NCBI GenBank assembly: GCA_965644295.1
Contig: CBFFRP010000582.1
Coordinates: forward strand, 1-25,259
Length of the DNA stretch: 25,259 nucleotides
Origin: Paraphysomonas bandaiensis
Taxonomy: Eukaryota > Protista > Chrysophyceae
Reading direction: 5' to 3'
The notes beneath the pieces were generated by a model, which was given only the letters and a program-made list of their open reading frames with translations, searched no databases and was not told where the DNA came from. The translations under genes and the position numbers were made by a program. This document shows positions 8,303 to 21,472 of the stretch, piece by piece; positions within the stretch are counted from its first letter, which is position 1, and each line of letters begins with the position of its first letter.

Positions 8303-10368
8303 ATGAGTGACTCTAAATCACAGAGTGATGAAAATACATCATTCCCTTATCGTAAAATGATAGTGTTACTTACTGTCGCATTATCAAGCTCATTATGTTT
8401 AACGGGATTATTTCCTTATGTAGCCTTTATGGTGGTTGATTTACATGCTGCATCTAATGTTGATAGTGCCGGTTACATGTCTGGATACATATCGTCAGCC
8501 TTCTTATTTGGTCGAATGTTAACATCATTTTTTTGGGGTCGTGTGGCGGATACATATGGACGTTTACCAGTTCTATACTTTGGTTGTACAACTATTGTAA
8601 TAATGAGCATTGTATTTGGATTATCGGTAAATATTTGGATGGCAATTATTTCCAGGTTCCTACTTGGACTTGGCAATCCGCTTGCTGGACTGGTCAAGAC
8701 ATTGGTGTCGGAAGTATGTGGCCCGACTCACGAAAAAGCTGGAATGGCTCTGACAACGGGTATGTATATTTTTACATTAGTGCATTAAAGGAATATGTCA
8801 TGGTTATGCTGGTGTAGGTGCGTGGAGTTTAGGATTAGTTGCCGGTCCTGCCGTCGGGGGGTAAGTATTTTGCCATAATGAATGCAATGAATAGCAACAA
8901 GTCTTGTGTGAACTATGTGATATGAAGACTACACTGTGTTGGTTATTGAATGAAAAGTGTATTTATTCTCTTTTCGTACATATTTTGACAACATCACTTC
9001 TCATACCGCTACAGGCTTCTCTCAAGACCAGCTGCTCAGTACCCTGATACTTTCGGTGAGAGCTCATTTCTGAAAACTTTTCCCTACATTCTTCCTAATC
9101 TGTTCACTGCTGCTGTGGCTTTGTTGGGGATGGTTCTTATATATTTTAATCTAAGTGAGACTCTTCATAAAAAGGCGTCAGATGTAAATATAACAAACGA
9201 ATCGGTTGAATGTGATGATGTGGAAGAAAATGGAACCTCATACAACCCAATTGGAGACAAGTGCGCTCCTAATGATGATGAGGAAGGACAGTCTGACGGT
9301 ATTGAGTGTGTAGATATGCGAAAAAATAATACCGGTGATGTACAAGGTGTACGTGATGCTGATATTAAATCTAATTATTACCAGAATATTGATGACGAGC
9401 ATACAGATCGTAATATATCGAAACCGCGGTGTTGTGGAAGCATTCGTGACTTACTTTCAACCCAGAGTGTATCTGTGTTAGTTATTGCCTATTTCTCGGT
9501 TAGTTTGAGTGCTATAGTGTACGATGAGGTGATGCCTCTGTGGGCATTATCTTCAGTTCGTAGAGGAGGCCTGGGTTATGAGAGTAGAGACGTAGGTCAA
9601 GTGATGAGCATTGTTGGCATCCCGGTTGTGGTGTTCACATTCGTTGGCTATCCTTATCTTGCCAAGCAACTTGGTGAGGTCAAATGCTTTCAAGTCGGGC
9701 AGATGCTAGGGGGAGTTTTGTGCTTTTGTACTGTTCTTTTACGGCTACTTCCGCTAACCTGTGAAGAGAAAGATGGTATGGACTCCGCTAGTGATAGTTG
9801 CCGAAATAAGTGGATAATGGAAGCGCTGCTTGTTTTTATGTCTTCTTTGTGCCATATGTCGTATGTTTTGGCATTTACGTCACTATTTTTGCTCATAAAT
9901 CGCTCTGTACCGACTGATCAACGTGCCTCAGTAAATGGACTTGCTATGACCGTTGGGAGTGTTTCGAAGGCCATTGGCCCTATTGCTGGATCTATATTGT
10001 ACGCGTGGTCAATACATAATGGGCTTCGCGATGTTCCGCCTCTAAATTATATGTTTGTTTTCGCTTTGTGTCTATTGCTATCACTCGTAACATTTTTGCT
10101 CCCTATTGGAAGTCCGGTCTCGAAATCGAATTGCCCATTAGAAACAGGAAGCGCTAGTGATACTAACAGCACGGATGAAGATTTGGAACAAACTGTGGAA
10201 TCAACATCTCGCAGTACGCATTGGAGATTATTTGGTCAGAATGCAAATGTTAGTTTATTTCGCTACATGTTCGGTGACGATTATAGAAGTCGAAATGAAC
10301 ATAAAGATAGAGATACGGACAAGTTGTTAACAACTCGTAACAGATGTGATACTAGTAATACACCTTAA
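8303..10368 (+). CDS. MFS transporter, ZINC INDUCED FACILITATOR-LIKE type; exons 8303-8759, 8818-8860, 9015-10368
   Basis: MFS motif A WGRVADTYGR; AGYMSGYISSAF; spliced junction GAWSLGLVAGPAVGGLLSRPAAQYP...FPYILPN; later RGGLGY and RASVNGLAMTVGSVSKAIGP. GT-AG introns 8760-8817 and 8861-9014 keep the frame. Confidence 0.92.
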
Positions 10369-10511
10369 CTAATTCCTTTTTAAAGCTTCTTCAGTAAATA
10401 TATTACATAGAAAACAATGAGAAGTCAGACACACTCAGAACTCGGGAATACTATATTGAAATTAACATAGAAGTTATCACATTAATCAGTAATAGACAAC
10501 AGGAGAAATAC

Positions 10512-10952
10512 GAGATATATTATTCAACCTAGTCAATTTGGTTGAATTTCCTAGTCATACTATTTTCGGTGTAAAAACCTAGTCAATTATAGTATTAAAC
10601 CTAGTCGTGAATTGTACTCGCATATAGGTACGCGTTACAGGCCTATAGCTTGACATCACAGGCATATAGCTACGCATTACAGAAGCATGAGGTCATAGCA
10701 GGTGAAGTAGAACCAATGCCCAATTTTCATTCGACTGTGACGACGAAGTGTGAGGCATATAGCATTTGAATTTTTGAATTTATGGCTATAGTAGCTATGC
10801 TCCCCTTTTTGACTAGGTGAATACCCACTTCCACCTACTCAACCTAGTCATTGAAACGATAAAAATCTAATTATTTAATGACTAGGTTTTTAAACTAATA
10901 TTGGTGTGACTAGGAAATTCCACTAAATTGACTAGGTCGAAAAATAGATCCC
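10512..10952. mobile_element. Non-autonomous Mutator-like MITE (441 bp) with ~75-80-bp imperfect TIRs and a 9-bp TSD
   Basis: GAGAAATAC is duplicated at 10503-10511 and 10953-10961. Left end GAGATATATTATTCAACCTAGTCAATTTGGTTGAATTTCCTAGTCA matches the reverse complement of the right end, GGGATCTATTTTTCGACCTAGTCAATTTAGTGGAATTTCCTAGTCA. CCTAGTC is reiterated. A 9-bp TSD with long G-starting TIRs is the established MULE signature. Confidence 0.88.
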
Positions 10953-11112
10953 GAGAAATACAGAGTACGACGCGAGTCGTCGAAAGTGGATTCTACGACT
11001 AGTTATTTACTAAAAGATGGCGCTACCATCTACACAAATACTGTACAAAACAAAAAAATGCAGTGTCACCACTCATAATTCATAGTACTACACTACCTAT
11101 CAATATGAACTG

Positions 11113-14100
11113 TTACACTACCCCACTTCCGAATGCAGTTTTCTTTGACGACGACTTGGCTCTATTTCTCTCTCGTACTGACTGCTGGGGAACTTTCTGT
11201 ACATACACTTCGTGGTTAAAATCAAATAATAATCTTGTTGACGATAATTACATACACAACACAGCAGATATATTGTACACGTGAAAATATGTGTCAGTGT
11301 CAAATCACGTACCACTCCAGCACCATGGAATATGGACAAATTAGGGGTCTCCCTACGTTGCTTTGCTTGTTTTTCTACCTCGCTTACACTCAGTTCTAAC
11401 TCTTCCTCAGTGCATTCCTTAGTCTCCATTGTCTTATTCTCAACGTCTTTCTCAGTATTCGTCGGTGTTCCAGAGGTCTGACTCGGAGAATTGGCAGAAC
11501 CGTTGGGGAGTGCATTTCGAGTGGGACGGCCCCGAGCGGGGGAACCTTTGGGCGGCTGTTTCTGACCTGCAGCGGTTCCAGAATTCGCCCGAGCTACGGA
11601 CTGCACTTTAACATTAGAATCTTTTCTACTAGAAATAGGTTGCTTGGAAGGGGACACAGCTCTCTTTTTTCTTACAGGGCCAGAAGCAGATACGTTCGAC
11701 TGCATCGAATAGTTGGATTTCTGAAATTCTATTTTGTTCTCAATGTCCACAGCTTTGGATTGCCAGTACTCGAGCTGAAAAAAATGTAATTGAAAGAAAA
11801 TATAAGTTCCTAACGATTGTTCATGCTCATCGTCGGAGAATTACCTTGGAGTAAATCATCCTAGCGTCGACACGGACAGCACAATTCTCTGGTACTCGAG
11901 GCCTGGCACGGGCGTATTTCTTTGATGCAGACTCTATAATAATTACAAGTCACAGTCACTTTCTACCAAAACATGGAACAAAATGTCCACTGCAATAAAT
12001 ATCATACAGCGGTTGGTATTTCATTTTTATTGTAGAAATACAATCTCTCGTACCATGAGGGGCATGAAGTTTCAGCCAAAAGCTATGCTTCTTCTGATCC
12101 AACAGTAGTTTTAGTGGGAGTAACGAAAGGGCAATAACCTCATCCGCCCCAGTCTTCGAGGCGTTCCATAAAATTATACTCAGAACACTTCCGCTGGGAA
12201 CATCACCAGAGCGAGTTAATGGGAACATCAGAGACTTGGGCTCGTCCCTCCAGTCAGGGTATCTCTCATCCCACCTAGTCAAAGTCCTCTGGCGGCTACA
12301 AGGATAACATAGTTCAAATATGGCATACTCATTTTAAAATGACTAATAATTGCACCACACACAATACGCAGTAATACACGATACCCAGTGATTCAGCATT
12401 ACAAACCTCTCGGGGTAGTCATAGAAAGTGCCATCTCCATTTGAAAAGTCAATAGTGGCCTCCATGTAACAATCTGCTCCTGGAGCCACCTTTTTCGTCT
12501 GAAAATGGTCATATTACTTTCTCCTCTCAGAATATTGACATAATAGTTCATGTTACTTCAACAATTTTCGCATCCAATTATGTATGCCGAATCCGTAATT
12601 CTCTTACCTCTGGCATATCTCGTATATTCATGATGGTAACATCAAGGCGCCCTGGTAGAATACCACACGCTTGTAAGACATATAACAGAAAATAAAGTGT
12701 TTATACCTGTAAGCTCTACCTGTGAGGTGCTCGATAATTCTTTAATCTTCGTTTTGCACCTATGACAACATCGTTTACTACACGTACCACATACTAGAAC
12801 AGCTTATACACACTTTTTTAAATGTCCCTCCAGCTCTTTCACACTCTCCACCCTACCAACCATTCCTCTGCTGCTAATAATACTCGAAGCGTGAATTTCC
12901 TCAACCAGTTCTCGCTCATGGATACCATACTCGTGTTTTCGCTTCGGAGATGATCGGCGTCCTACAGGAGATGCCGGTTTAATATCTCCACCCGACGAGC
13001 CAAATGATGCGCCCAACTGTACAGATTGCAGATCTTCGGCGTTGAGACTCTGTCCCCTAGAGTTACTAGTGTAGCGATACTTGAACTTCTTGTTATCTGT
13101 ATCACGTCCACGGGTCAGTAAGTGGTCAGTCTTCATAAAGTAGCTCCCATCTCGCTCAGTCACGGGACTACTTTTACGGCGTCCGCGAGTGGTACGTGAG
13201 CCGTCTGCATGTGGAGACCTCTGACGCTCGTATCGTACGTCATCGTTACTAGACCCAGATATATTAAACACGCTACTCTGATCATCATCGTCGTGGTCAC
13301 GACTTTTACTTCGATGTCTTGAAGATGAGCGCCGTCTTTCGTGTGAGTGCCTGTTGAACACATACATATCAAAAACATAAACAACATGCAGATGGGGTAT
13401 GACATGGAATAATGCCAGGTATACGGTATACATACCTCTCTGGAGATCGACTATGGCTTCTGCTGCGACCTCTTCGTTCCTCACTGAGCTTCAACACATC
13501 TTTAGACTTTTCCACCAAATGAGAGGCGATGTCACTGACATCCTTCCATGGTGAAGAGTCCACAGATACGATACTATCTTCCCGCCTCCTTGTAGGGCTG
13601 AGCGATGCTGAGTGTTTATAGGAGCGAATACCGGTTGGAGGTGGTCCGCTAGACGGAAGAGCTCCTGCAGCAGACTTACTGCGGACTACTTTGCGTGACT
13701 GCTGCTGACCATCAATTACACTGTGGTCGTGAGAGTGATGGTGTGAATGGCCCTGAGAATGAGGGCGAACTGACTTTGAATTGCTTCTTGCCATCTGGAT
13801 AGCAGTGGGGTCGGAGCTTCGTCTGGATATAGGCGATGGGCTACGACTATTGATTCTACTACATATGGCACAATGGGCATGCCGAGACGCCTCTACAGCC
13901 TCACTGTTAGTAGCGGGATAGTTGTACTTGTTGTCCTTCCCTTGTACGTGATGACTAGTATTTGTCCCTCCACCAATCCATTTACTGGCACTACGTGTTG
14001 GAGACACTGACTGACTGCGATGTGGGGTGTGTTCTGGAGTACTATGATGAGATATAGGAGAGGCGTGCTGAACACCATGATAAAATCCATACATGACATC

Positions 14101-17100
14101 ATTATCGCATTTCGGTTCCTCTTTTATTCTATTCTTCTCAGATATAGAGCGAATTTCTTCTAGTTCCTGCTGTTGTTCACGAAGTAAGAAGACTAAATCA
14201 TCATACCCTACCGCCTCTCCGTCGTCAGATTCACTACTACCAACAGAAGAACTGCAAGAGCTGTCCACATCACAGTCTTTTAAAAGCATACTAAGCAATT
14301 CACTGATGACAGCTTCTTGGCGTTTCATTTTCACTTCGATTTTATTGCTACCAAGTAAGTCGGCGCCAAACTCTTTAACTACTGCACTATCAGCCACCTG
14401 ATTCAGTCGTACTGATATTTCTTCCACAGACTTAAATCTACCATTTTTTCCAAATAAAATGCCTTTCTTCTTACGCCCCCGATCTTTTTTCTGTTTCGTT
14501 TGCGTCGTATCAGCACCACTATCCGCAATGGAATTAGATGGCTTTCGAATCAAATGACCATCTCTGGTATACAACTCTGGCGTACTACATCTCGATATTG
14601 CTGGAGGCAATGCCGGCTTTGTCGGACCTCCATCCTTACTATCAATAGGCCTTGAATCCCCTTGGTTGTCTACATCTGCAACTGTCTCAGCTGGGAGAAT
14701 AGATTCGCTTTTTAAAGGATCGACTCGACATAACGTGGAGTCAATAAGAGTGTTGATACTATCATCTACGTGATGTGACTGGATTTCATCACTACTACTT
14801 CCTTCGTCTTCCACTAGTACTTCACACCCATCTTTCTCTTTACTTTCGAATTCGTTCTGTCCTTCATCGTCACTCTTTTCTCCATATTCAGCTTTCAGAA
14901 GATTAACTGCGACCTTGATCATATCCCTTGCCCCACTCCGCACATCAGATGAAGCATTCGGCTTAGAGTCGACTTCAGTATAATGACTGTCAGAATCCAT
15001 ACGCATAGGGCTGATGATCCAATTTTTGCGCGCAGTTGAACCACCCTCTCCAACAAGATTCTTTTTAGCTGTGTCTTGCAGCTCCGCAATATCGAAAGGC
15101 TTGTCTCCGTTATCCATACTATGATTCACTTGATGCCTCTCTGGAAAAGCAGCAGATACCGAAAATCTGCTATCTGAATAGTGATTATTGTGATCTTTCC
15201 GGGTTCGTTCTTGAAAGTGTATGTCCATATTTTGAGATGGCTGGAGACGTCTACGTGATTCATAAGGGTCTTCTACTAATGGATGCACACTAGGACAGTC
15301 ATCAGATGTATGGTATTGTGATGAAGTAGCTGCCCGACGCTGCTGGAGAATCGTGCAGATATTTGCTACTCGAAGCTCCAACCGCAGGCGCTTGACCTCA
15401 CATTCACGAAGCTACACCAAACCGTCAATAATTCAATTTTAAAAAACAACGCATGCACACATCAACACACTAGCTAGCACCTCGTAAACAAAGGCTGATT
15501 GATGCATACAACATATCGTGCATCAAAGACATATAACTTTCAGAGCAGTAGATTACCTGATCTAAAGCATTTTTCACTTCAGCTGCCTTGGCATCCACTT
15601 CCTCCTGAAGCTGAGCACACAGGAGCAACAAAGCATTAAGCCTTTTCTGTAGTCTAGCCCGGTACACTCCGGCAGATTCCCCTGTCATACGCGTAATTCT
15701 AGCCTTTCCCGCCAAAACTTCTTCCAGAGTAAAGTCGCATGTGTAAGGACGAGGTGCGGAAGTAGCTGTTGCGCGGGCTACAGCCAAATCTAAAACACCC
15801 AGTACATGAGTATGAACATTTAATATGTGTTTGCAATATTGGAGAATTTTTAACTGGTATTCTTAACAACAAATACAACTACTAGAATACCTTGATTTTC
15901 TGCCTTGGGTTCACTTTGTGGAAACGCCGAGGTGTGAGTCCCGTCTGGGTTCTTAAAGGATGAGAATAATGAAACTGCATTGGATTCGCCCTGTATAAAA
16001 ACACATTTATTACATTCGCACTTATTAATGAGAAAAATGTATGGCCCGTAATTGACAAGTACTAAACTGCCATTACACAGTCTTCGGTAGACATGTACTA
16101 TACACATCGAGCCCAGCCATTGCATGCTATATGATATATACTAGAATAGTGTAACAATACGAACCTTCACTTTTGTGAAGTGGGACAAATTCAGGGCATC
16201 CTGGAAGGCCAGTCCATCCTTTCCACCAATAAGTTTCAAGGATTCAGATACTTCGTTCTCCATATTAAGTAGCTGTTGTCGCAAAGATACGTATTCAGAC
16301 TCTGCCTGCTCCAGTGTATGGGAGTTGTTTATCAAATTCATTCGCAATTTGGTTGACATTTCAATCGCATTAGGAACTTTATCTAACAGCTGTATGCACA
16401 AGATCATAACAAAAAACATCACGTATGTACAATGTAGGGAATACATATAACTCAATTGGATAGATTGAGAACATAACTATCTTTCTAGCATATAGACAAT
16501 AGTAAAGTACAGAGCACACAACTTCAAAAAGACAGATCTCAGTTTCCATTGGCATGATATACAAGAAGAGGAGCTACTTCACACATACAAGAAGGAATAG
16601 AACCTCACCTGCGAAGACTCCATTAATACCGATGAGGCCTTCCGAATATCTTCTCGCAGCACATCTAGTCTTTTTTCATGCTCCTCTATTTTCACTCGAA
16701 GGGCATCTCTCACTCGCACCTGTGGGTAACGCAATACAATTCGTTAGTGGATGTTAAAGTTTTAGTTTTCCCATGTAGGTTCAAGTTACACACATATAAC
16801 ACATATATATGTTCCTAACTTCATATGTCCGACGAACTTGTGTGAAACTAACCTTCTCTCTAAGAACTTGGATATGAATCTGCTGGCTTAGATCTATATT
16901 CTCACCGCTGCTACTGTCCACTGTACCATTCAAGCCCTCATGTCCACCATTACTACCTCCATCAACTAAAGTACCATATGCCCCCCCTTTAGTGGTTTGG
17001 ACAGAGAAATTAGAGTGCTGTTGTCCAACATCTTTAGGAGAATCGCGGCTGTTTGGTTTCCAATGATATGCTTGATCATGTATTTCCTCAATTGTGGTCT

Positions 17101-17642
17101 CTTCAATGGCAGCCCGGAAATTAGCTATATGCTTACGCAGACTAACCAGCTTGTCCCACGTATCCTGTAGATCTTGACAGCGCTGCCGATGGTGGGCTTT
17201 TAAGGAAGCTTCAGTTTTGCATATAGTGCCCAATTCTCTTTGCAGTGAAGCCACTTCGGCATCCGACGAGGATGCCTTCGACAGACCTCCTATATCATGT
17301 GCCATCGAAATAAGACGACGCAAATTCATCTCAGCACTAGATTCAAAACTGGTACTATTTTCTCCAAAGCCTTGAGAGCGTCCAAAATCTTTAAGTTTCA
17401 ACTCTTGCAACTCTTGCTCCGATATACTCAATGCAGAAGCAAGTCGTGTGAAATTTTGGCTCGTGCTCTCAAGAAGATGAGATTTAACCTGAATACGGCA
17501 ATAATAGTGAATACTACGTATAATATCGATGAGTATACTGTGAGCATACCTTTAATTCCCTCGATATGTCGTGTTCCTTATCATCATTACGATACGCTAC
17601 CATCTGATTGGATGTATGCCTCATTGAATGACTTCTCGACAT
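11113..17642 (-). CDS. Large multi-exon protein: N-terminal coiled coils, long Ser/His/Arg-rich disordered region, C2 domain near the C-terminus (3' end approximate)
   Basis: Exon 1 17642-17550 (MSRSHSMRHT...RELK) splices in frame to exon 17488-16853. Further co-oriented exon ORFs lie at ~16.2-16.4, 15.9, 15.6-15.8, 13.4-15.4 and 12.8-13.35 kb. C2-like pieces RLDVTIMNIRDMP / ADCYMEATID / PDWRDEPKSLMFPL..LSIILWNASKTGADEVIALSLLPLKLLLDQKKHSFWLKL / VRVDARMIYSK lie at ~12660-11845. Not all exon boundaries were verified. Confidence 0.75.
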
Positions 17643-18613
17643 TGAATTCATACTCTAAATATAGTAATATGTGTATGAAAGTATAGATAAGCCAGCTATT
17701 GGGTCAAACGGTGTGTGTGTATTAATAAACTAGAGATATCTGCTAATAGATGAACTATAAACAAATCCACGTCTATCCATACATCCATAGAGACATCACA
17801 GGTGATAGGACTGGTATAGACCAATGAGTGTGTTTGTATTACACCTGTAATCACTATGATGCAATCTAGTATTGCTTTATAATAATAAGAGGGTTATATT
17901 ATGACACATACATATATATATATATAGACATACTAATATATCAAACTGTAAATACTGTGTACCTGTGTACCGCTATACTATATCCACAGTATATATGTAC
18001 AGCAATATATAGGAACATTTACAGCAGTATATACTTGTATACCTATAGTGCTGTACATGTATAGGAGTACATTACACCATTTTTTGTTGTGAATTTTTTA
18101 TACATTTTAGAGTTTTATGCCACTTTTTTACTGAAAACACTAATTTTAGTACCTAGAAATATCTGGCAATATGGAGCAGATGTTTCGCCATCATGAACAC
18201 TGTTATCGGCACACAGATACAGAGATAAGCAGAATTTGAAATCATATCCACGTTCTATCAAACAATGGAGTACATACTTGTCAGTATCATCTATCCAGAT
18301 ATCACTGCATGATTTAATACTGTGTCGCATGAATACTAAAACGTCTAGAACACAAAACATACAAAAAAAATAAAAAGGACAATTTTCTCTTTTTACTATG
18401 AAAATAATATGATTACTTCGTACAATACAATTTTACATACCAGGAAATATTTTTATAAAAGCAAATTTACAATTTTGTCCTGGATGCATATATAAGTACA
18501 TATATATCTACATATATATGTATACACATAATCCACTCTATAACAACACTCCTAAGCTGTATATTCCATTACCACCTTTATATCCTTACACCAACTAATA
18601 TCCTTTATTCAAC

Positions 18614-19689
18614 ATGGGTAAAAAGGTTCCTAATACAGTATTACTTGATCATTCTACTGTTAAACCTACACTATTAAGTTATATAGTTGTATGGAGTGGA
18701 TTAGGATGGTTTATAACTGTACCATGTGTTATTGCTGCATTTCCATTCTTATGGACACATTTTAAACCATTAGTATGTGCAGTAGGAGGATCTATGTTAT
18801 TATCTGCTATATATACCGTTGATCGTTCATCTCAACCTGAATGGGGGTTTGCATTAGGCAGATGGATTATGAAAAATTGTTGCGCTTATTTTAGTTTTAA
18901 AATTGAATTTGAGGATGTGGAAGCAGTACAGAAAGCTGGACCTGCTTTGTTTGCTATTGAACCTCATGGTGTTTTACCGATCAGTATTTACTGGGGGAGT
19001 TTGAATATCCTATCGCGTCACAAGTTCTTGTGTTGCTTATCCTCATCCATGCTTATCATGCCAATGATGAAACATATTCTGACATGGACAGGGGCTATCA
19101 GTGCAGATAAGGCTACGATGGTGAAGTACATTCGACAGGGGTTCAGTTTGAATATCTGTCCTGGTAAGAATTATGTCTATAACAATGTATGTCGTATGTC
19201 AGTGTGCCTGTAAAAGTGTATGTTATCATTTTTTCTCGATATCTGTAACGTTACACGTGCGTAGGTGGAGTACAGGAAGTAGCATACCTTGGAAATCCTA
19301 AAGAATGCGTACTCTTCCTGAGAAAGCGCTTCGGGATAATAAAAATGGCAATGGAAGAAGGTATTCCCCTGATACCAAGCATGACGTTTGGGCTTCACAA
19401 AGCCTATGATTTTTGGGTACCTTCGAGTGACTTTGCTGTTCGATTGGGTCGGCGAATAGGATTTCTTCCAATGATTTTCTTCGGACTTGGGGGAGTTCCG
19501 TTTGCTCAAGCAAAGCCTTGTCCACTTTCTGTTGTGGTTGGGAAGCCAATTATGTTGCCACATAAAAGTACTCCAACGACTGAAGAAATCGCTAAATATC
19601 ACGCCATATTCATAGACGAAATGGTTCGACTGTACGAAGAAAATAAAGTGGCGCATGGAATGGCTGATATCACGCTTCGTATTGAATAG
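18614..19689 (+). CDS. DGAT2: DGAT2/MOGAT-family acyltransferase; exons 18614-19163 and 19265-19689
   Basis: Motifs AYFS (YFP block), EPHGVLP, spliced CPGGVQE, RKRFGIIKMAMEEGIPLIPSMTFG, VVVGKPI and AKYHAIFIDEMVRLYEENK. GTAAG..GTAG intron 19164-19264. Confidence 0.92.
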
Positions 19690-20201
19690 AGCGTGAGTTG
19701 TGTTGTATGTGATTTAATTGCTGTATGTGTGCTCCAATAAATTTAATATTGTTGTAGCATTTGACTTAATTTCACTTATGCTTCTAGATTATAATAATTC
19801 ACTTAGTTTTATTGAACATATTCGCGAACGTAGTGTGAGCCTTGTGGTCGCACTGTTGCAAAATGATTTTCGGTACTTGAATTCGATACGAAGCAATGAA
19901 TGGAATAGAAGTGCGTTTTGATTAATGATTAACAACCCGGAGTGCATCTAAACAATGGTAAGATACAGCTACAGGGCAACAGCTAACGACAAAATGAACG
20001 TACAAGCTCTGTTTATCTTACTGGTGTGTTTCAAGTCCGTACGGTATACGGCAAAAACTCGGCTAGAGCAAAATATGAATATAACCCCGGCGTACTAAAT
20101 AATTAGCACAAAGTACCATACTAATTTACTGTGAACGGCAATTGTCGTTGCATAGAGTCACTTCTAATTCACCGAAATGGTACTGCGCGAAGCAGTGACG
20201 T

Positions 20202-21391
20202 TTACGTGAGGTCGACATCATCGGCACTGGAGATGTGTCTCTTTATCTGTAACATATACAACAATTACGACAGCCACAGAGCATGTATGCAAACGTGAAA
20301 AACACCACATTAGAACAAAAACAAACCACGATAACAAAACGCGATCCGCACGCACCTTAACCAGCATGCTTGTCTTCCATGGGTCTAAGGGAGTAATACG
20401 ATCGAAATCAGCACAAGCCTCAGAAAAGTCATCAGCATTGTAGGCGTCTGCAGCCTGGGCACAACAACATGAGAGCAGTTATTGCATGAACTAAACTATC
20501 TCCCTGCTACGCGCGTTTATAAATGTATGTGTATCGTCACCAAGCACGCATGAATAATACATTTGCAGGAGTGTCATTACAAATTAGATATGTAACCTGA
20601 TATCCATGTACACCTACCGCCACTAGCTTCTCTAGGAACTGGCATTCTCTAGATGAGGGAAAGTTGTAATCGGTCGCTTTAAAGCTCTCTAGTTTACCGG
20701 TGGCAGCTACATTATCTCCAGCTGCCATATGGCACAAGACAGACTGGAAAAAATAGCCTTTGGCAGAGTACGCTCCCAGCTTACTCTCAAGAGACTCATG
20801 ACCCAGAGACTCGAAAATATCGGCAGCTTTGGTAAAGTCATCTTCCTGGGAGCAGAGAGTTGCCACCTTGAGACGACACTGCCCAGCAGCAGATTTTTTG
20901 TTATCAGCTTCATTTACATCAGCCGCCTGTGGGAGAAAACAATTATATTAATGAAAAAGTTGATAGAATGTTAAAACACACACCTTTTCATAGTACTCCA
21001 TCGCTTCAGAAAAGGCTCTTTCCTTCTCCAACAACTCAGCTATTTCCTTATAATATCTCGCCATAGGACTAAGACGATTATTTTCTCTGTATATTTCAAT
21101 AGCTTGTAAATATGGTTCAATAGCTGCACGTGGATTGGATGATTTCGCATAACATCCACCTGCTTCTACATATGAATTACATGAATCATTAGGAGAATCT
21201 GTTTCTTTTTGACATTCTGCTGCACGAATAAACATATCTCCTGCATCCACCCAGTCCTTAGACATCTTATAGGCATTACCCGCCTTCACATAATTAGCAC
21301 TGGCGTCTTCATACTTAGCTTGTTTACCGAACCCAAATATAGTGGTTCTTTTAAGGGCTTTTTCAGCCTCTGCTTTAAATTTATCTCCCAT
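20202..21391 (-). CDS. SEC17: Alpha-soluble NSF attachment protein (alpha-SNAP/Sec17), 4 exons
   Basis: AEKALK..FG..KYEDAS..YVKAGNAYKMSKDW; AADIFESLG...LGAYSAKGYFFQSVLCHM; FPSSRECQFL; third exon DFDRITPLDPWKTSMLVK; last exon IKRHISSADDVDLT* with the conserved C-terminal DL. Confidence 0.95.
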
Positions 21392-21472
21392 TGTTATTAT
21401 AGTTAAGTATATTAATAGAGTGTAAGAGACTAGTGTATGTATATATAGAATAAGGCAACAGAATAAATGTAC

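Noticed and set aside
18115-18360. 81-aa minus-strand ORF between divergent genes
   Set aside because: No recognisable motif or supporting splice structure; lies in AT-rich intergenic DNA.
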